A stretch of 64,000 nt of DNA. It comes from a virus. Its lineage: Duplodnaviria > Caudoviricetes. The notes beneath the pieces are model-generated. The model saw only the letters and a program-made list of their open reading frames with translations. It was not told the DNA's origin and searched no databases. This document shows positions 20,738 to 32,100 of the stretch, piece after piece; the first letter of the stretch is position 1, and each line of letters begins with the position of its first letter. The stretch is from the IMG/VR virus record IMGVR_UViG_3300043429_000255, positions 1,980 to 65,979 of that record, one strand, 5' to 3'. The translations under genes and the position numbers were made by a program.

Positions 20738-21295
20738 TCAATATATTATATCAGTAGTGTCTGCGGCTTTGAACTCAATTTCTATCTGCATGTTATCTTC
20801 TAGATTATGTAGCTCTAAATTAACATTTCCAGACTCATCTACATAAATGTGATTATCAAGGCCTGATGGGTCATCAGTTGTTGCTGGCACATACTGATAT
20901 CTTTTTAGTGCAAATCTACCGAATGTTTGCTCTATTGGATTCTGTACACCAATTAAGTTTGACCCACCAAAGATATTCTCAATTTTTACTAGATTTGATA
21001 TCTGCTGATACTTAATGTCTATTCCATTAATTAAGTCATGTCTTGCGATGTTAAGAATTTCTGTACCACCAATATCTTCAAAAAGAAGGTCAGTGATTGC
21101 CTCTATAGGCATTGCCTCTTCGTTTAGCTGGATCAGGTCTGGGGTTGCTGCCTTAGTCTCTGGCTGAGTTGCCGATGATGATGTAGCTGGCGTAGCAGGC
21201 AAAATAGAAACTTGTGGTGTAGCACTGAGGTTTTTTCTATAATTCTCTACTGCTTTTGCCCAGGGAGTTTCTGGGCCAAACTGTGGATCTCCCAT
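20738..21295 (-). CDS. Tail-tip associated protein
   Basis: Position in the tail-tip block; coupled to the upstream stop. Confidence 0.6.
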   Translation of the reverse strand: MGDPQFGPETPWAKAVENYRKNLSATPQVSILPATPATSSSATQPETKAATPDLIQLNEEAMPIEAITDLLFEDIGGTEILNIARHDLINGIDIKYQQISNLVKIENIFGGSNLIGVQNPIEQTFGRFALKRYQYVPATTDDPSGLDNHIYVDESGNVNLELHNLEDNMQIEIEFKAADTTDIIY

Positions 21296-24200
21296 TATAT
21301 TACCTCACTCAAATATGCTATTGTTTCTGGACCATCGGAGTTTCTATTATAGCTTATGCTATAAACAACAAATCTCTTGTCTTCGCCAACAACCAAGTCA
21401 GTTCCAGCATTATCTGACATAGCTATCTGAACAATGTCTCCGAGCTGAAGGGTTACTCCACCAAAAATGTTTAGGCCAACTGACTTCCTTGGCTTTATCG
21501 TTTTATTGATTAGCCACCCCATAAGTTCTTTTGCAGCATCCGAATTCTGGATATATTTTGCATCAATAGCGAATGAGTTAGTTCCATACGTAGATCTACT
21601 AGAAACTATGTCAAAGTATTGCTTTTTAGCTCTTATAGGTGACTCTACTGGATTCTTGTCTAGTCTATCGATATCAGACAAATTGCTATTGTCATTAAAG
21701 AAGTCTCCAAGAGTTAGTACCTTGTCAGAGTTCTGTGTGAATGTTACCCCCTGGATTCTTAGATAGTTTCCAGTTGTTTCATCTAGACTGATAACAGTAT
21801 CTGTATTATTAAAGACTAAAAACTCTGCTCCATATGCTCCTGGAATAAAACCAGATACAGTATATCCCTTTAGCTTATTGAAGGTTGGGGATATTTGTGC
21901 AGACAGTGCTGGGTATGCCTTATCATATTTGATTTTAAAGTAGGCTGCTTCACGCATGATTGTTCCAAATTCTTCAAAGTACATATCATATCCAGCACCT
22001 TGCTGAGAACTGATGTCAGAAAGATATGTCTTTTGAACTGCACCGCTCATAGAATATTTTCTTAGTGATTCTGAGATGTCTACATCGGTATCACCAAATA
22101 CAGAATTAATTGGCGTTCCAAGTGTTGTTCTTGAGTCAAGTGAGTACTTCTTTGTAATTGCAAATACATTCTCAAACATCATCTTGGATGTTCCTCTAAT
22201 AAACAATGCCATATTGTTATAGACTGGAAGCCTATCTGCATCGTCTACAATAGCTACACATCGATTATTTATGTATAGATAGAATCTTCTTGTGCTTTTT
22301 CCAATATCCTCATACTCTATCGACAGGTCATAAACCGTAGGATTCTCTTCTCCAAAGACTCTAGACTGGCCAACAAAGCTTCCAGAGTCTACTAGGATGT
22401 TAGCAAGTCCAGACCATAACTTAATTGGAACAGCATTTTTTGATGAATTCCCCTTAACCTTATAAAAAATAACATTGCTTAGAGCCTCTGAGCTTGCTTC
22501 TGAGGATGTTCCATTTGTTAAAGCCATGATTTCGAAGTAGTATCCGTTATTATTAGAAGAGTTTAGCAATACGGCTAGTCCGCCAGATGCCCCACCGATC
22601 TTACCGTTATCATAGTAGCCCATCGATCCTGCTGGTGTTTGGGTCTTTGTTTTTCCATCTTCATATCTTCCAACAATTCTAACCCTTGTCCCAAAATGAG
22701 AATATGAGTTGTTTAAGCTCTTTGGTACATAGCTTATATAATCGCTAGCAGCAAGGTCAGAAGTAAATGTTGGCCCAGTAAAGACAAGTGCTGAAGACTG
22801 AACAGTTCCTATTTCAGTGGCCTTTAGTGCCTTAATATCCTTCTCACTCTTATTTGTTCCACCCAAAGCATTTTTTATAATTCCATTCCTGGATGCTGTT
22901 ACCACTGTAGAGTTGGCTATTCCAGCCTCTCCAAGAGTAGCAGCCTTACTATCTGCTGTGGCATTTTCAGGGTTGGCCTTAATTAGATCTGACAGGGGCA
23001 GCTTACATCCTAGTGTTGAGTTAATAGCATTGTTTGACCAGTATTCAGATATTCCAGATTCGTGAGAAACTATTGGGGTCCCAAACTGTCCTCTACCGTG
23101 AGATCTTACTTCTCCATCTTTAAACCTTGTAACGCCATCAACTACTTCGTAGTATGGCTCTGAGTATATCCTAACTCTACCTGTTGGGAATATACTTTTT
23201 CCAAATTTAACATTTTGAAAGTAATCAGAGTATTCCTGAGTATTCTGAATCCATACGTTTCCAACGGTACTTGGTATGCTATATTCTACAGCATCGTAGT
23301 GAATGATTTCTCCATTTGCGTAAAAGTATCCGTCATATCTTGATAAGAAGTATGATCCCTCGCCAAAGTCAATAATATTATCGACTACCACACCGTTAAT
23401 TACTGATGGTGGGTTAGCCGATAGTGGTGAGTTAAGTGGAATTGCTGACAAAGAGTATGCCGATGAAGATGTTAGCTCTCCGTTTTGACTCTTGGTGTTT
23501 AGAGTACCAGATGCCTCCCAAAGAAGTGCTGGCTTATAGATCCATGTTTTATTTCTATCTTGAAGCATAGCCTGCTTAATGGATCCATAAGATCTTTGAA
23601 TATATCTTTCCTTATAGGTAATCTGTCCATCATTAAATACTTTATTATCTCTAGAAGAAATTTCTTCAATGTTTGCAAAGTTAGATTCAGATCTATTTCC
23701 AGATAAAACAAGATCAGTTGCTCGCTGGTCTGCACTCGGCATCATGTAATCTTTGCTCATAATCACTAGGTTGTTTTCTTCGTCAAAGAACATTGCTGAC
23801 TGAGAGGAAACTGCAAGATCCTGAAGGACCTGCAGAGTAGACTGTTCTGGAGCTACAAAGAAGTATGGAATAATAAGTTCTTTTTCATCTTCAACTCTTA
23901 GGAATTTATAGTTGGTGAATCCAATGTTATCCAGTAATGTTGATATTGCGACACTTAGAGAAACGTCAACTAGCAATAGTTCTGGTGCAAGGTTTGTCTC
24001 AAGCAAGAACATTAGGTCTCTAAGCTCTATGGATACTTCTCTAGATGATCCAGAAATTTGAGGCTTTTCTGAAGAGTACAAAGTCTTTATTGGAATTAGC
24101 TCTGAGTTGCCAGATGCTGTTGTTACCGTTTCGTATATTGAAAACTTAATAATCTGATCTAGGTATGGTGCAACAACACTTTCTGTATTATTTTCATTAA

Positions 24201-25548
24201 ACACTTGATCGTAGTCGAATATGTTTAATGTTCCAACTGAAGCTAAAAGTTGACCAACTGGCATTCCAGCATTTCCTAGGTCAGATGCACTTTTTGTAAC
24301 AGATACACCTTCTACTAAGTCTGTCATGTCTGCAACAAGTCTTGGAGATAGCTCAATTAAATCAAACGTAGTTGCGTTTGTATTCATCTGATCTACCACA
24401 ATGCGAAGTCCAGAGATATATTCAAACTTTGAGTACTGCTTTTTGCCTGTAACACTATTAATAAAGTAGTCTGGACTAGAAATTTTATCTAGAGAGTTTC
24501 TGTAGTCAATAACGGAGTTTTGAGACAAAGACCATCCGTATACAGCCTCAAATGTTTCGTATGAGCTCCCTGTGTAGATATAGAAAGTTCCAGGTGCAGA
24601 CTCAGAGGGCTTTATCAGAAATGCTGATCCAGTTTCTGGACTATCTGGAAGCATGGATTCTGTAATGTACATTCTCTTATAGTTAAATATAGAGCTGTAT
24701 CTATCTGGAATCTTAATACCATAGAATACTTCTACCGTTCCATCTTCTCCAATAATTGGAGTATTATCTGATCTAAGATCTGTTGGCAAGAAACTAATTG
24801 CATCTGTCCAGTTAGAACCATCTAGATACTGAATTCTCCACTTGGTAGGAGTTTTACTGTTCTCGTATCCATAGAAAGGGTCTGGAAATGCGTTTCCGCT
24901 AGTATTATAAAAAGACCCCTTATTGTCCGATCCAACATGTGTTTGCATTTTTACTACAATCCTGTTGGCTGGAACTGGGCTGTTATAAACAATAAAAGGT
25001 GCTACGTCATCTATTCCGTATGCCCCCGATGGAAGAGGATACGATACTCCACGAAGCTTTCCGCCCTCAGATCTGTCCGATGTCCAATACTTAAACTTAT
25101 CGTTCTTAGAAGCTAGATAATATCTAGGTCTTTTTGCCATATCTTTATTAGCATAGTGAAAATAGCTGTTGGCTGAATATGGGATTCTGGCTTTATTGAT
25201 TCCAGATCTTGGCCTAAATCTTCCAAAACAATCTTCTAGAGAAAACAGGATGTTTGTCAATTGTTGTTTAGATGAAAAAGCTAATGCCTGGTTTGAGTCA
25301 TCGAATCCTCCATCAATAACTACATCAGCATCTGTTGCACCAGTATAGTAATTTCCAGAGTCATATCTGTCAAAGGTTTCTGGAACTAGGTTGTAGATTG
25401 ATGAATTTTCTTGCTGTCTATACCTATAATTTCCAATAGATAGGAAATTGCTAGGAATATTCATATTCCATTCTGCAAACACGCTAGATTTAACGTTTAT
25501 TGATGACGTATTGCTTAGCTCTGAAAGAAAGGTGCTGCTTCCAAACAT
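21295..25548 (-). CDS. Large minor tail (hub/Tal-like) protein
   Basis: About 1417 aa, second gene after the tape measure; C-terminal LQLGDIVQI...FVVYSISY hub-like motif; start moved to MFGSS (TAATG overlap). Confidence 0.75.
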   Translation of the reverse strand: MFGSSTFLSELSNTSSINVKSSVFAEWNMNIPSNFLSIGNYRYRQQENSSIYNLVPETFDRYDSGNYYTGATDADVVIDGGFDDSNQALAFSSKQQLTNILFSLEDCFGRFRPRSGINKARIPYSANSYFHYANKDMAKRPRYYLASKNDKFKYWTSDRSEGGKLRGVSYPLPSGAYGIDDVAPFIVYNSPVPANRIVVKMQTHVGSDNKGSFYNTSGNAFPDPFYGYENSKTPTKWRIQYLDGSNWTDAISFLPTDLRSDNTPIIGEDGTVEVFYGIKIPDRYSSIFNYKRMYITESMLPDSPETGSAFLIKPSESAPGTFYIYTGSSYETFEAVYGWSLSQNSVIDYRNSLDKISSPDYFINSVTGKKQYSKFEYISGLRIVVDQMNTNATTFDLIELSPRLVADMTDLVEGVSVTKSASDLGNAGMPVGQLLASVGTLNIFDYDQVFNENNTESVVAPYLDQIIKFSIYETVTTASGNSELIPIKTLYSSEKPQISGSSREVSIELRDLMFLLETNLAPELLLVDVSLSVAISTLLDNIGFTNYKFLRVEDEKELIIPYFFVAPEQSTLQVLQDLAVSSQSAMFFDEENNLVIMSKDYMMPSADQRATDLVLSGNRSESNFANIEEISSRDNKVFNDGQITYKERYIQRSYGSIKQAMLQDRNKTWIYKPALLWEASGTLNTKSQNGELTSSSAYSLSAIPLNSPLSANPPSVINGVVVDNIIDFGEGSYFLSRYDGYFYANGEIIHYDAVEYSIPSTVGNVWIQNTQEYSDYFQNVKFGKSIFPTGRVRIYSEPYYEVVDGVTRFKDGEVRSHGRGQFGTPIVSHESGISEYWSNNAINSTLGCKLPLSDLIKANPENATADSKAATLGEAGIANSTVVTASRNGIIKNALGGTNKSEKDIKALKATEIGTVQSSALVFTGPTFTSDLAASDYISYVPKSLNNSYSHFGTRVRIVGRYEDGKTKTQTPAGSMGYYDNGKIGGASGGLAVLLNSSNNNGYYFEIMALTNGTSSEASSEALSNVIFYKVKGNSSKNAVPIKLWSGLANILVDSGSFVGQSRVFGEENPTVYDLSIEYEDIGKSTRRFYLYINNRCVAIVDDADRLPVYNNMALFIRGTSKMMFENVFAITKKYSLDSRTTLGTPINSVFGDTDVDISESLRKYSMSGAVQKTYLSDISSQQGAGYDMYFEEFGTIMREAAYFKIKYDKAYPALSAQISPTFNKLKGYTVSGFIPGAYGAEFLVFNNTDTVISLDETTGNYLRIQGVTFTQNSDKVLTLGDFFNDNSNLSDIDRLDKNPVESPIRAKKQYFDIVSSRSTYGTNSFAIDAKYIQNSDAAKELMGWLINKTIKPRKSVGLNIFGGVTLQLGDIVQIAMSDNAGTDLVVGEDKRFVVYSISYNRNSDGPETIAYLSEVI

Positions 25549-26189
25549 TATACCTCTTCCAAAGAGATAGAGATGTTCCAAAGATCGTGATTGTGGCCAC
25601 CACGCTTAACAACGTCATAGTCAAATGAGGAAACAAACATTTCAATTGCTTGTGGATATTCTGCCAATCTTAGGTATCTGTTTTCGTCTTTTTCAAACTC
25701 AGTATACTTATCGTAAGATAGGTATACCCAAAATGACCCCTTGTGATTTTCATACCAATTTAGAATGTCTACTCCACCAGCACCTCCATCAGATGTCACT
25801 ATTTGCTGCTGTGTCAAAGATGAGCTTGGCTGGCCAGTAGTCGAATTAAAGTTAGGATATGTAGCAAAACCCCTAGATGGCAGCATTGTCCAAGATGTAG
25901 AAATATTAAGCTTATCGGCAATATGATATGAACGCATCTGTCCATTTATCATTCTTTTACGAGACTCAATTCTTACATTGTTAAACTTTAGAGAGTCACG
26001 GTTGTCGTCAGACAGGATGAGGAATTGGTCTTTTAGAGAATCGTCAGTGACTGAGTCTACGTTATCATTTACTTCTAATCCATAGGGAACATACTTACCA
26101 TTAATTACCTGTGGTGGTTGCACTGACCACATCATCCCCTGGGGACGAGCGTATGCCTTTCTACCATCCAAGTATTGCTGGGTTGTCAT
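25548..26189 (-). CDS. Distal tail (Dit-like) protein
   Basis: Immediately after the tape measure; RIESRKRMING.MRSY...WNISISLEEV. Confidence 0.65.
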   Translation of the reverse strand: MTTQQYLDGRKAYARPQGMMWSVQPPQVINGKYVPYGLEVNDNVDSVTDDSLKDQFLILSDDNRDSLKFNNVRIESRKRMINGQMRSYHIADKLNISTSWTMLPSRGFATYPNFNSTTGQPSSSLTQQQIVTSDGGAGGVDILNWYENHKGSFWVYLSYDKYTEFEKDENRYLRLAEYPQAIEMFVSSFDYDVVKRGGHNHDLWNISISLEEV

Positions 26190-29100
26190 TATAGCCTTAT
26201 TCCTCTAACTCTTTGTGAGTCTATTTGCTTTATTTGTGATATTACGACTCTTGCAATCTCTGATGGATTAGCGTCTGATCTCACATTAACATTTAGCTCA
26301 TAATTATTATACACTGACTCGCCAGAATAAGATCCATTGTTTATAGCCCTTAGTCTGTCTGTTCCAAAATTCTCTACGGCATACTTCTTTACTACGAACT
26401 CTCCAGGAGTAAGCATAGCAGGAACGGTATCTGTCCCACGAGCAAAACCACCAGCTGCAAAGTATTTAGGAACCATTCCACCATTATTCATGCCCATAGC
26501 AGCAACCGCTCTGGCCCAAGGAGTATTAGGTCCGAACTGGCTGTTGGATCCAGAAACGCCAGGCAATGAAGTACTAAGAGCAAATCCTGAAGCACTTGCT
26601 CCCACACCAGAACTATCTACTCTGCCTGTTGTTCTAGCTGCCAACACAGCGTTTAGATTTCTAGCTGCTTCTTCTGCAGCCTTCAAAGCAGTAACAAATT
26701 CATCTGTTTGTGTTTTTGCAATTCTAATATTGCTGGCTATCAGGTTCCACTCTTCCTTAGTTTTGCCAGAAACAGTCAGTGCTGAAATATCCTTTTGCAG
26801 TCTTTCTTCTGCAAGCCTAACTCTTTCTTGTGCTGGTTCTAATGTCTCTTCTTCTATCTTCTTGATTTGCTTTTGAAGACTTAGAGATTCCGCCTCGATC
26901 TGAGCTTTTGTCTTGCCATTTACTGTAAGACCAGCAATCTCAGAAGCCCTTGCATTTTCAAGAAGTTTCTTTTGATTCTCAAAACTTGATGCTGCTTGCT
27001 CGGCACGTGCATCTTCAATTGCTTTAGCAGCTGCTGAGATATCTCCCTGAGAAAGTGCGTCAGCGATAGTGAGCTGTGACTTTTGCTGTCTAGAAATATC
27101 CTCATTGACAGACTGAATCTTTTCAAGTGCGTCTATTCGATTGTCGTACTTCTTATTAATGGCATCTTCTTGTAGCTGAATGTCATCCAAAGAAGCGTTT
27201 AAGTCATCTAGAGTATATTGCAATCCAGCAATCTGTGACTGAGCCCCAGAAATTAGATCGTTATCTGCCTTATTGGCTTTACTAAATGCTAGTTGTAGTT
27301 GTTCTTCTAGTGCAGAGAATCTCTCTCCTACCTTAGAGTATGCGTCATCAAATTCTTGAGTTGCCCCCTCTAGCGTCTGCTTTTGGATATTTTTAAAATC
27401 TTTAGCAGCTTTCTCTGATTCTTTTATGGCTTTTGCAAGTGCCTTCCATTCTTTGCTACCAACCTTTGTGCTAGCAAGAGCAGCAGCAAGAATTGGATCC
27501 TTTGCAAGCTTAAATGCTTCTTCAGTTCCATAACCAGCAGCTTTTAGCTTATTAAAAGCTTTTATCTGATTAGCTATTTCAGCGGTCTGCTGTTTCATCT
27601 GGTTCATGGCCTTGGCAAACACTGACTCACCAGTTCCGTCATTTCCATAATCACCAGTTGCAGCGTTTACCTCTTCTTGCTTTTTTCTTAAATCTTCTGC
27701 GGTCTTTGATATTAGGGACATTCTTTCTTGAGCCCTGACATATGCCTGAACATCCTTGTTCACCCCAGACTCATAGTCACTGATCGTCTTAAAATCTGCA
27801 ATAGCCTGAGACAATGCTGCAACTGAAGGAATGGCTCCTAGCATAAGGCTTTGCATGATAAATACCTCTTTGCCAGTTCCAGCAATTTGAGGAAGTAGTT
27901 CGGCAAATGGCGACTTGGCTGCCTTCATTTGTTCTGTAAACTTAGCAAAAACACCTTTTGTTAATTCTACTGCACCCTTACCAGTTTTTAGTGCATTTGC
28001 CAAGACGCCCCACTGCTCTTGGTATTCCTTATTGCTAATAGCACCATCTTTAAATAGCTGTTGTACTGCCATCAACCTATTTGCAAAGTTTGTAGACTGG
28101 GTCTCAAAGGCTGCGTCATACTCTTTTGTTTGAGTAATCTGCTCTTTAGTCCCAAACGACATATTTCCAGAAAGAACCTGAACTTGAGAAACCTTTCTGC
28201 CCTTTTCAAATGCCTTATTAAATTCTGCTGCCATACTTTCTGCAGACTTTTTAAAGTTAGCTTTTCCAGCTTTAGTCTTTAAATCAAAGCTCTTTACCTC
28301 AAAGACGACGTCTGTTCTTCCAGCCTCGATCTTAAGTGCATCAATAATCTGCTGAACTTCTTTCTCAGTATATTCCTTAGAGAACAACGAAAGGGCTAGA
28401 GTCTCAAATGTCTTTACAGCTTCTTTCTTAGTTGCAGTGCCTAGAACCTTGATGTCTGCAGCAAACTGCTCTTTGAATGCTGGATCTTCCCTTAAGCTCT
28501 TTATCTTGGTTTGAGCATCTGCTGACATTGGCCCAGTACCAGCACCAACTGTGCCAATTGATTCTATGACGCTAGGTGTGGATGGCTTCCCAAAGAATGA
28601 TCCCAAAGCTTCTAGCTTTTTCTTTGTCAGGGTTGCTGCATCGCCAAGACCCTCGATCTTTAATCTTTCCTTTTCTCTTTGCTCATTAATCCAGTTATTA
28701 AGCATAATAAATCCAGAAATAACTGTAAATGCAATTCCTAATACACCAACAAACTTTCCAAGACTCATTACGGCTTTGCCACCAACGGTTACCATCCTAC
28801 TAAAGAATCCACTAATCCCCTTGGCTCCAGTAGACTTTGCATTAAGACCTAAGAATCTACCTTCTGCATTTAGTTCTGCTGCTGTTGTCAATGCTGAAAG
28901 GGCAACGGAAGCTCCGAATACAACATTTCCAAATTCTCCAAGAGACTGTCCAGACATCAAAGCTATTCCAGATAGCCCAGATAGAACATATGAAAGGTTT
29001 CTTATGTTAGCACCAAATGACCTTGTCTTGCTTGCTGTATCTTCTACCGCAGTGGTCAAAGATTTTTGAGATGCCTCAGCTTTTTGACGTACCTCTAGAT

Positions 29101-32100
29101 CTCCTTCTCTAATAAATCTTCTAGGAGTTTTTGCTTCTTTGGTTGCTGCGAATGCTGTTGCCTGGGTTGGTGGTGTTTGAATAACCATACCGCCGTTGCC
29201 GTCAGGGACTGCTGTTACACGTCTATTTTTTCTACCAACTTTTTTAGCCTCATCAATTTGTGATTCAATGCCTTGAATTGCCCCGATACCAATATTTTCT
29301 CCAGCCTCATAGGCTTCTTTAGATGGTGAACTCTGGTCTGTAACATCTTTTACTGCAGATACCATTTCATATTTAACGTCATCTACCACGGCAAGAGCTA
29401 CTGGCTTAAAGTCTTCTTGAAGGGCTCCCTGCAAAATTCCAGATTTTGTCTTGCCCTTTGATCCTCCACCAAGTTTTAGTAGCTTACTTGGATCTGCTGA
29501 TTTTCCATCTGGACCAATCATGTATCCTGGCCTATTAGGGTCCATAGTGTATCCAGCAGCAAGCATCTGTGCCTGAGTTGCTGTTCCACGAGCTTCCGTA
29601 GTGTTATTGGCAGCTACAAAGAAAGCATCTGATAGTTTTCCTCCATTATTTTTTAATTGTGTCAGGGTGTTCTTTGCAAACTCTGCAATAGCCTTGTCTG
29701 TAACTACAAAATTATCATCTAGTTGTGATGCAGCTCTGATTTGATCTGCAATGCTTTTATCAAATATGACCAACTCATCTGCCACGTCTTCTAGCTTTAC
29801 TCCAGCTGCAGCAAGTGACTTACTCCACTTAGCAACACCACGAGAGTCGTAGTCTTCTAAGAAATCTTTTGGCACAACTCCTGATCTACCAGGCTTCATG
29901 GCTTCATTAAATGATTGCCTTGTATCAAAACCAAATCCGCCGTATGTCCTCATAGCTGCTCCGCCGAGGCCCTGATCTATTTTTCTCTGAACATCTTTTG
30001 GAACTTTTCTTCCAGTTGAAGTTAGCACATCTGCAAAATCTTGCAAAGACATTTTTAGTGGCTCAAATATATGTGCAAATACTGTCATATATTGGCTTGG
30101 AGTATCTAGTGTTGCTGGAGCTTTTTTACTAGGGACTATTCCACTATTATTTTTTGCATATCCAGGAATGTTTATCTTTTTACCAGCAAATAGTGCACCA
30201 ATAATTCTTGGATTCTTCTTAACAGTGGCAGCGTCAATTACTGCTTCGCCATTTGATAAGTCTACTGGGACAAGGTCGTCCTTTGGTCCTCCTGGACCAC
30301 GAACCATTCCGCCATTTGCCATTTTTGCAGCAGGTCTAGTACGACCAACAGCAGGAACATTAAATGCTGCTGCTGCAGTATTAGCTCTTTGAAGTGCTGA
30401 GACATAGGCTCCGATTGCATTTGCCTCAGATGTGAATGTCTGAGTAAGTTTTCCGTGTACCTGATCAAGTGAGGCTGCTACTGATGCCGCTTTAATTTGC
30501 TCAGTAGTCATGTATGATATCTGCGAGCCAAGGTCATTTGAGGAAACTGAGGCTCTGTTAAAAACATTCTTTACAAAGGTAAATCCCTTAATGATATTTG
30601 CAACACCGTTAGCAAGCAAACCAAAGGTCATTAGCAGAATCGGACCAATGCCACCAACAACAGCTACTAGACCAGTAACAAAACTTTTGGTTTTCTCATC
30701 TAGATTATTAAATGCAGTAAGCAACTTAGTTCCAAACTCAATTACTGGGGTCGCAAGCTTTAAAAATATTTCTCCAACAGGAGCCAATGCCAGCTTAATG
30801 TCTTCAATTGACTTCTTAAACTTAAACATTGATGACTCAGATACCTTGCTCAATTCTCGTTCTGATAGCTGTGCTAGTTCTGCAGATGTCTTACCAGCCA
30901 TTTCTAGAACCTTAGACGCCTGAGTTCCCTCGCCAATTACGTTTTGAAATAGAGTTGATAGTCTTGAAAACTGGAACTTTCCAAACAGCTGCTCAATTGC
31001 TCTGGCTCTGGCTAGTGGATCTAGCTTATCCAAGGCGGTGGCAAAGTCAATAACTACACCCTTGACATCGCCCTTATTGCTCTCTACAATCTTTTTAATA
31101 TTGATTCCATAACCAGCAAGCATGTTTGATGCTTTTTCTGTTGGGTTAATCAAAGATGCAAGACCAGACTTTAGTGCGTTAGCACCTTCTGACGCATTAA
31201 TTCCACCTTCCTTCATAGCTGTTAGGAAGAATGCGAGATCTTCTACTCCACCACCAAGCTGTTTTACAACTGGACCAGCTTTTGGAATAGCAATTGTTAG
31301 ATCTTCAATAGAGGTAACTGTCTGGTTTTCTACTGAGTTAAGGAAGTCGATCTTTGATGCTAGATCTTCTGCTGCAACACCAAACGCATTTGTAACAGAG
31401 ATTGTTGTCTCTAATGCCTGCTGTTGCTCTACTTGACCAAGAACGGATAGCCTTGTTGCTTCTGAAACCTGTGCAGTTAGGTCAGCACCAGTCTTACCCT
31501 GGGCTGCTGCAGATGCAGCCAATCCCATTGTCTTATCTACAGCAACACCATATTTAGTAAACTCAGAAGCTAGTGTTTTGATTGACTCTAGCATAGCGTC
31601 TGTTTGGCCCTGGTCAGTCATCAGGTCGCCGTACACACGCTTGAATTTAATTGCCTGATCTTCTATTGCCATAAATGATTTAGCAGCTGTAGCACCAAAT
31701 ATAGATAGAGGAATTGTAAAACCAACCATAAGCTGACGACCAGCCCACTGTGTGTTCTTACCAAAATTTAGAAGGTTAGTTGAACCCTGCTTAAGTAGCT
31801 GATTCAAAAGTTGCTGACGCTGTGCAGCAATAGCAGTCTTTGTTGCTAGGTTATCCATGTCAAGAACTAGCGGTCTTACCGCAATAGCCCTCACCGCACC
31901 GTTGGCGTCACGACCCATTCTTATGTACTGAGTTTGTAGATCCTTGACACGTTCACGTGCTACCTTATTTATTGTGTCAAACTCTGTACGAAAGAATCTT
32001 CCGAAAGACCTTGATGCTCCACCAGCATATCTAAAATACTCTCCAAGAGAGAGCTTATTCTTTTCTAGCGAATTTGTAAAAGTTTCAGTTGTTGTCCGTA

